From Bdellovibrio sp. (GTDB taxonomy: Bacteria; Bdellovibrionota; Bdellovibrionia; Bdellovibrionales; Bdellovibrionaceae), in assembly GCA_036677065.1 (NCBI GenBank), contig JAKFBS010000001.1, positions 608,001 through 672,000 on the forward strand: 64,000 nucleotides of DNA, read 5' to 3'. Position 1 is the first letter of the stretch, and every line of letters begins with the position of its first letter. Under the pieces are notes generated by a model, which saw nothing but the letters and a program-made list of their open reading frames with translations, was not told the DNA's origin and searched no databases. Below, piece by piece: positions 58,083 to 64,000 of this stretch. The translations under genes and the position numbers were made by a program.

Positions 58083-58571
58083 CTATTTGCCGAGTGCTTT
58101 TTTAATGGTCTCGTTGATCGCAGCTGGCTCAGTGTTTGGCGCGAAACGCTCAATCACTTTACCGTCTTTGCCAACTAAGAATTTTGTGAAGTTCCACTTA
58201 ACGGCTTCTGTACCTAGAATTCCTGGAGCTTCTGCTTTTAAATGCTTATAAACTTCTGCTGCTTCTCCGCCATTCACTGCAACTTTATCTAAAACGGGGA
58301 ATGTTACGCCGTAGTTCATTTCGCAGAAAGATTGAATTTCGTCACTTGTGCCGGGTTCTTGTGAACCGAATTGGTTGCATGGAAAACCTAAGATCACTAG
58401 GCCATTATCTTTGTGTTCTTGATACAATGCTTCTAGGCCTTTGTATTGTGGAGTAAAGCCACATTTACTGGCTACATTCACGACCAAAACAACTTTGTCT
58501 TTATGTTGTGATAAGTCATAGTCTTTGGCCTGGGCATCTTTAACTGTAAAATCAAAAAAACTTTTTTTCAT
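58083..58571 (-). CDS. Glutathione peroxidase family (Cys-type)
   Basis: VNVASKCGFTPQY, GFPCNQFGSQEPG, KWNFTKFL. Confidence 0.96.
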   Translation of the reverse strand: MKKSFFDFTVKDAQAKDYDLSQHKDKVVLVVNVASKCGFTPQYKGLEALYQEHKDNGLVILGFPCNQFGSQEPGTSDEIQSFCEMNYGVTFPVLDKVAVNGGEAAEVYKHLKAEAPGILGTEAVKWNFTKFLVGKDGKVIERFAPNTEPAAINETIKKALGK

Positions 58572-58753
58572 ATCGGTCCTCTCGTGTGGATATTTTGCTT
58601 CTGATGGCACCTGATAGTTTGTTCCTATCGGTTGATCAAGTTATCGCAAACTCCTGCTTTGTATGTAGCCCACTATAACAGTTTTATTGTACGATAACAT
58701 AGTACTTTCTAAAGGCTAAAACCTTTAGTTATAGATGAATAGAGAATAGCTAT

Positions 58754-61700
58754 ATGTCACTAAGCAACATACCACAGACCGTTTCTTTAACTCGTAATCC
58801 GAACTTGTCGGCACCGAAAGTTGATCGCACCTCAGCAAATGAGGTGCAGCAAAAATTTGGTGAGCGCTGGTGGACAGGTTTACATCCTGAAAAATGTACC
58901 GGCTTTGATCGCGAGAAAAAATACCTAGCGGCCTTGCCATTAATTAATTTAGAAATTTGCACGCGCCAAGATGTGATGGATTATTTCGACAACACTTGGA
59001 CGCTGACTGAAATTTTGTTCGCTGGTCTTAAACATGAATCAACCTACATTCGTCCGCCGTATCATCAGCTGCGTCATCCGCTGATGTTTTATTACGGTCA
59101 CCCGGCAGTTTTATTTTTAAATAAACTTCGTTTAGCTGGGGTTGTGGATAATCCTGTGGATTTGTACCTCGAGAAAGTCCTTGAAACCGGCGTGGATGAG
59201 ATGTCTTGGGATGATATGGCTAAAAATGAAATGGAATGGCCAAATGTGGCAACCGTTCATGAGTATCGCCAAAAAATTTATAACTTAATTAAAAATGTAA
59301 TTCAGACTCATCCAGATCTGGATTTAGCCGCACGCAAAGCGAAAAATATTCAAATAGGGCCGCAACATCCGCTGTGGTCGTTATTTATGGGTTTTGAACA
59401 TGAAAAAATACATTTCGAAACTAGCAGCGTGTTGATGCGCGAACTTCCGATTGAATTAGTTGAAACTCCGAAATACTGGGCGCCACTTTATGATTCTAAA
59501 TCTACAAAGACGGCAAAACCAGCAGCAGGAAAAGATTTTCCAGCGAACACTTGGAGTGCGCAAAAAGGATCTCTGGTTAGTTACGGAAAATCTGAAAACG
59601 CACCAAGTTTTGGTTGGGATAACGAATACGGTTACAGAAAATCTAAAACAAAAGATTTTCAGTTAACTGAACAACTTATCAGTAATGGTGAATATTTTGA
59701 TTTCGTCGCAAGTGGCGCTTATCAAGAAGATAAATACTGGCAGGCTGAAGGTTTGATGTGGCGTAAGTTTCGCAATACCAAACGCCCGACGTTTTGGGTG
59801 GCTTACGGGCCAGAAGGTTTACACGAGTATAAATTAAGAACCATTTTTGAAATTATTGATATGCCTTGGGATTGGCCGGCAGAAGTAAATTTTCACGAAG
59901 CGCAAGCCTATTGCCGTTGGAAGCAAGAACAAGATAAGAGCTCTCTTCACTATCGGTTAATCACCGAAGCTGAATTTGTTTCGTTGAAACTGAAATTACC
60001 AACTGATGAAGTTTTGCAAAACGCCGAATATAAAAAATCTGGTACGGTACATTCTGAAAAATTTAATTTTAATTTTCATCACGCATCACCGCGTCCAGTG
60101 AATACGGGCAGCGCTGATTCGGGCGTCAGAGATTTAATGGGTAATGTGTGGCAATGGGCCGAAGATCAATTTAATCCGCTTGAAGGATTTAAAATTAATA
60201 AATTATACGATGATTTTTCAACGCCGTGTTTTGATGGTAAACATCAAATGATCTTAGGCGGAAGTTTTATCAGTTGTGGTCACGAAGCCAGCATCAATGC
60301 ACGTTTTCACTTTCGCCCACATTTTTTTCAACATGCAGGGTTTCGTATAGCGGCCACTTTAGATGGGTCGCATGACAATGCGGCCATTCGATTAAAACAC
60401 GACACACAATACGTGCACACCAAACGTGAAAACGTTTTAGATCAAATGCAAAAAGAGGATTGGTGGAAGTCAGTTCAACAGCCGATGGAGTTATCTGAAG
60501 AAGAAATTCAGAAAGCTTATGAAGCTGCCGAAAAATTTGTCAGAAATTTTGAACACAACCGTAAAGACGTGTCTCCGATGGGAACGGCTTTAGATCCATA
60601 CACCAATGATATTAAAAAAGATTATCGCAGACCGTATCAGACGACAAAAAACTTTCCTGAAACTCCGGAAAGTTTTGAAAAGCTTGTGCAATTTATTGCC
60701 ACTGACATTGCGCCATTAGGGCAGCAGCCTGGGCATCCAGGTTATATGGCCTATGTGGCAGGGGCTGCCAATCCGTTAAGTGCTCCGGCGCAAGCGCTGG
60801 CGATGACGATGAATCAATTTACTGGACATTTCAGTTTAGCGCCAGGATTGGTCACTTTAGAAATGGAAGTCATTCGTTGGTTTACGACGATGATGAAATA
60901 CTCTGAACAAACAGCTACTGGAATTTTAACCGGTGGTGGCAGCCAAGCAAATATGATGGCGCTAGTGGCAGCCAGAAATAAATTATTTTCGCAAAAATTA
61001 GAATTATCAAAAGCCAGATTTTATGCTTCGACCCAGGTGCATCATTGTATTGGTAAAGCCATCGCATTTTTAGGATTTCCGAAAGAGTGCTTACGACTTA
61101 TTGCCACTGATCAGAATTATTCAATGATCGCCAGTGAATTAGATAAATCTATCGCTGAAGATTTGAAAAATGGTTTCGTGCCTGTCGCCGTCGTTGGCAC
61201 TGCGGGAACGACGAATACGGGTTCAGTAGATCCATTAGATGCGATCGCAGATATCTGCGAAAAAAATAAAATCTGGTTTCATGTCGATGGGGCGTATGGA
61301 GCTTTATTTATGTTAACCGATAAGGGACAAAAAGTTTTATCTGGCATTGAACGATCACAGTCAGTGGCTCTTGATCCGCACAAGGCTTTGCAAATTCCGT
61401 ACGGGGTAGGGTGTTTGTTAATTAAAAACAAAAGCGATTTATCAACACAATATGCGGGCAACAGTTCATATATGCCACCATCACCTGGGTTGCATGAAGA
61501 GCAATTTAGTTTAATTGATTTTGCTGATATTTCGCCCGAGTTATCGCGCGATCCGCGCGGATTACGTGTATGGCTTCCGCTCAAAGCGTTTGGAGTTGGC
61601 CCGTTTAAATTAAATCTAGAAGAAAAAATTCAGCTTTCTGATTATTTGCACAGTGAGCTTAAAAAAATCTCTTTAGTTAAAGTAGTTTCAGCACCGCACT

Positions 61701-61903
61701 TAACTATTCAGTCGTTTAATTTAGGTAATACTGAAAAAACAAAAAAACTTTTAGCTTGGATCAATTCACAGAATAAAATCTTTTTAAGTGGTTGTGAAAT
61801 TGGCGGCTGTTTTTCAATTCGCGTGTGCTTATTAGGTTACCGATTGCATTTTGCGCAGGTACAAGAACTTATTCAGCTGATCAAAGAGGGTTTGCATGCC
61901 TGA
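58754..61903 (+). CDS. OvoA-type non-heme Fe sulfoxide synthase (DinB + FGE-like) fused to group II PLP decarboxylase
   Basis: N-part: LRHPLMFYYGH, TGVDEMSWDD, HEKIHFETSSVL, GWDNEYG, YDDFS, HFFQHAGFR. C-part: HPGYMAYV, GGSQANM, AGTTNTG, HVDGAYG, DPHK. Confidence 0.9.
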   Translation: MSLSNIPQTVSLTRNPNLSAPKVDRTSANEVQQKFGERWWTGLHPEKCTGFDREKKYLAALPLINLEICTRQDVMDYFDNTWTLTEILFAGLKHESTYIRPPYHQLRHPLMFYYGHPAVLFLNKLRLAGVVDNPVDLYLEKVLETGVDEMSWDDMAKNEMEWPNVATVHEYRQKIYNLIKNVIQTHPDLDLAARKAKNIQIGPQHPLWSLFMGFEHEKIHFETSSVLMRELPIELVETPKYWAPLYDSKSTKTAKPAAGKDFPANTWSAQKGSLVSYGKSENAPSFGWDNEYGYRKSKTKDFQLTEQLISNGEYFDFVASGAYQEDKYWQAEGLMWRKFRNTKRPTFWVAYGPEGLHEYKLRTIFEIIDMPWDWPAEVNFHEAQAYCRWKQEQDKSSLHYRLITEAEFVSLKLKLPTDEVLQNAEYKKSGTVHSEKFNFNFHHASPRPVNTGSADSGVRDLMGNVWQWAEDQFNPLEGFKINKLYDDFSTPCFDGKHQMILGGSFISCGHEASINARFHFRPHFFQHAGFRIAATLDGSHDNAAIRLKHDTQYVHTKRENVLDQMQKEDWWKSVQQPMELSEEEIQKAYEAAEKFVRNFEHNRKDVSPMGTALDPYTNDIKKDYRRPYQTTKNFPETPESFEKLVQFIATDIAPLGQQPGHPGYMAYVAGAANPLSAPAQALAMTMNQFTGHFSLAPGLVTLEMEVIRWFTTMMKYSEQTATGILTGGGSQANMMALVAARNKLFSQKLELSKARFYASTQVHHCIGKAIAFLGFPKECLRLIATDQNYSMIASELDKSIAEDLKNGFVPVAVVGTAGTTNTGSVDPLDAIADICEKNKIWFHVDGAYGALFMLTDKGQKVLSGIERSQSVALDPHKALQIPYGVGCLLIKNKSDLSTQYAGNSSYMPPSPGLHEEQFSLIDFADISPELSRDPRGLRVWLPLKAFGVGPFKLNLEEKIQLSDYLHSELKKISLVKVVSAPHLTIQSFNLGNTEKTKKLLAWINSQNKIFLSGCEIGGCFSIRVCLLGYRLHFAQVQELIQLIKEGLHA

Positions 61904-63035
61904 TTTAGAATTTTTTAAATCACAGTTCAATAAAACTGAATTAGTGCATTTAAACAATGCCGGCCTTCAACCGATCACCCGCGCGGCACGAGAAAAAATT
62001 GATTACTGGTCGCGAAGATTTTGGGAAGAAGGCTATAACACTGATAAAGATTACGCAGCCGATGTGACTCATGCCCGCACAAGTTTAGCTACTATGATTG
62101 GTTGCGAAACCAGCGAAGTCGCTTTTTTTGTATCGACTGCTGGTGCGGTTAACCAATTGGCTTTTTCTTGCGGATTAAAATCCGGTGACGAAGTAGTTAT
62201 GTGGGATCAAGAGTACGGAAGCCACTTATACCCCTGGAAAGCCGCTTGCGACCAAACTGATGCCAAGCTTGTGATTGTCGAATCAGATGAAAACTTAGCA
62301 ACACCTATGGAAAGATATTTAAAAGCTATCACGCCAAAAACCAAAGTCATCGCTTTTAGTTGGGTGCAGTTTACAGCGGCAAGCCAAATGGAAGACATCA
62401 AACATGTTATTCAAACTGCGAAACAAAAAGGAATTTTAGTTTTCGTGGATATCATTCAAGGTTTTGGCTTACATCCTTGTGATGTCTGGACATGGGGAGC
62501 CGATGCCGTTATGGGCGGAAGCCACAAATGGCTTTGTGCTCCGGTAGGCGTAGGTTTTTTAGCTTTACGAAAAAATTTAATTCCTCAGTTTAAACCGCAT
62601 GTGATCGGTATGTACACTTACGGAACCTGTGATGACCCATCTGATTTTGCCTGCGAGCCAAAACGTGATGCGACGAAATTTGAACCTGGTTCAAAACAAG
62701 TTTTAGAAATCACGGCTCTTGGCGCATCACTTGATGTGATTCAAAAAGTGGGTGTGAAAACGATCGAAGCTGAAGCCTTAAGATTAGCAAAAATCTTACG
62801 CTTAGGCATCATCGATTTAGGTTATGAAGTTGTATCTCCTTATCAAGGTGAACAAGTGCATTCAACACCGTTTATTAATTTTAAACCAAAAGGCGTGATG
62901 AGCAAAAAAGAATTGTCTGATAAATTGAACGCGCAAAAGATTTTTCACGCAGTTCGCGGCCCGGGTTTACGTTTTACACCGACGGCCTTTAATAGCGAAA
63001 CTGATCTTGAAAAAGCCCTTTTAGCTTTAAAATAA
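61896..63035 (+). CDS. Class V PLP enzyme (cysteine desulfurase / C-S lyase-like)
   Basis: HLNNAG, VDIIQ, GSHKWLCAPVGVG, FEPGS; overlaps the upstream stop by 8 nt. Confidence 0.88.
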   Translation: MPDLEFFKSQFNKTELVHLNNAGLQPITRAAREKIDYWSRRFWEEGYNTDKDYAADVTHARTSLATMIGCETSEVAFFVSTAGAVNQLAFSCGLKSGDEVVMWDQEYGSHLYPWKAACDQTDAKLVIVESDENLATPMERYLKAITPKTKVIAFSWVQFTAASQMEDIKHVIQTAKQKGILVFVDIIQGFGLHPCDVWTWGADAVMGGSHKWLCAPVGVGFLALRKNLIPQFKPHVIGMYTYGTCDDPSDFACEPKRDATKFEPGSKQVLEITALGASLDVIQKVGVKTIEAEALRLAKILRLGIIDLGYEVVSPYQGEQVHSTPFINFKPKGVMSKKELSDKLNAQKIFHAVRGPGLRFTPTAFNSETDLEKALLALK

Positions 63036-63073
63036 TTGTTAAGACCTGCTATATCGCCTCTGCAAAAAGTCTT

Positions 63074-63122
63074 GTACTAAATTGAGACACTGACTCAAGT
63101 CTGTATCATTTATGACCGATAA
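63074..63122 (+). promoter_or_regulatory. sigma28-like promoter with upstream TGAGAC box
   Basis: TGAGAC at 63083, TCAAG at 63095, ACCGATAA at 63115; same spacing as at 55602-55650. Confidence 0.6.
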
Positions 63123-63140
63123 GCTCCCATGAGGGAATGC

Positions 63141-64000
63141 ATGAGCAAACTAGTTTTACTTATCAGTTTGATGATGAGCTTTATTGCCATTAAAGCTAAT
63201 GCTTTATCAGGTGAGGATCAAATTAAAGCTGATTGTTATAAAAAAACCGGAAGCTATGGTGGATCTAATCCAAAGTCTCCGTATCAGTTATGTTTGCGTG
63301 CAAACGGTATTCTTAAAGTTGAAAGAAACGTCAGCGGCAGCGATGATAAATCGAAAGCAGATGCGCGTATCTGTAATGCTGCTAATCCAGTTTGTAGTAA
63401 GTGTATCGGTCTCTATGGTTCTGGTGATGCAAAAAGTGCCAGAACAAAAATTACTGAATGTGTGCAGCGAGAAGAAAATAAACGAGCTGCAGCTGCAAAG
63501 CCAAAACCAAAAGAGCCAACCATTAATGGTGGTCGATTACAAGAAGTCACAGTTACGGCTCGAGCTCCGTGTTCAAAAACAAATCCACGTAATTGTACAA
63601 CGATGACGGCATGTGCAATCAATAACGGAGAATGGAACGAACAAGCTCAAGCCTGTTCTGCGGTTCCATGTCCTACAGGAACTACGGCTGATCCGCGCGA
63701 TTCAAAGTATTGTGTGTGTGATAGCGAAATGACACCGTATTCGATTGAACGTGGTTCAGTACAGCAATGTCCGGCGATGTGTAAAGCCGAAGATCATAAA
63801 GAGTATAATATCGTCGTGCGCGGTTGTATTTGCTCGCCCGGTTTCGAAGACCGCACCGGGTTTGGAACATGCGTAAGTAAGACAACGCCTGCGCCACAAG
63901 TGGCAGCGTGTATCCAAGAATTACAAGATAAAATAGCTGCGTGTAATACTGCTTCTACAGCGGCGGTTAATAAATGTGATCCAAAACGTGAATCACGTGA
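63141..64000 (+). CDS. Secreted Cys-rich protein (partial), paralog of 55675-57549
   Basis: Manual translation is open to the window end: MSKLVLLISLMMSFIAIKANA...GTTADPRDSKYCVC...CIQELQDKIAACNTA, aligning with GTTADMVDPEKCIC...CWRELAEKAAACETA. Confidence 0.8.
   Translation, partial: MSKLVLLISLMMSFIAIKANALSGEDQIKADCYKKTGSYGGSNPKSPYQLCLRANGILKVERNVSGSDDKSKADARICNAANPVCSKCIGLYGSGDAKSARTKITECVQREENKRAAAAKPKPKEPTINGGRLQEVTVTARAPCSKTNPRNCTTMTACAINNGEWNEQAQACSAVPCPTGTTADPRDSKYCVCDSEMTPYSIERGSVQQCPAMCKAEDHKEYNIVVRGCICSPGFEDRTGFGTCVSKTTPAPQVAACIQELQDKIAACNTASTAAVNKCDPKRESR

Noticed and set aside
58083..58571. Selenocysteine Gpx supporting a selenium pathway
   Set aside because: Active site is Cys (SKCGFT) with no in-frame TGA, and no selD in the window
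2515..62401. Numerous 60-180 aa ORFs antisense or out of frame within long genes (e.g. 3940-4365, 36318-36848, 44013-44402, 49407-49769)
   Set aside because: Nested in or overlapping well-supported genes, with no motifs or SD; treated as shadow ORFs
63184..63897. ORF-track calls 63184-63606, 63413-63622 and 63682-63897
   Set aside because: Shadows of the real frame starting at 63141, which is open to the window end and paralogous to 55675

Overview
AT-rich bacterial chromosome segment. Gene content and order (divIVA-proC-yggS/maf, tadC-DUF192-FHA/TPR cluster, YQNC-type lipoproteins, many Cys-rich secreted proteins) suggest a predatory Bdellovibrionaceae member; this is inference. Housekeeping genes include tsaA/trmO, valS, proC, pssA, asd, truA, rplM, rpsI, alaS, pgpA and recA. 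Two loci stand out. (1) At 2.0-6.6 kb, an AT-richer island encodes a signal-peptide-bearing precursor-like peptide, an OppA-like binding protein, a stand-alone YcaO, an orphan sensor kinase and a GNAT. This is a candidate RiPP peptide-signalling system, flanked by an unannotated 36-aa membrane peptide plus structured RNA and by an HTH/Fic pair. (2) At 58.7-63.0 kb, an OvoA-type sulfoxide synthase has a PLP decarboxylase in place of the usual methyltransferase and appears to carry Phe at the catalytic-Tyr position; a class V PLP enzyme follows and gpx is divergent. Also seen: a Maf-YggS fusion, tandem secreted CX5R proteins, several small ORFs missed by the ORF track, and a recurring sigma28-like promoter architecture. 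No tRNA, rRNA, CRISPR array or transposase was recognised. All family calls are by eye; no searches were run.
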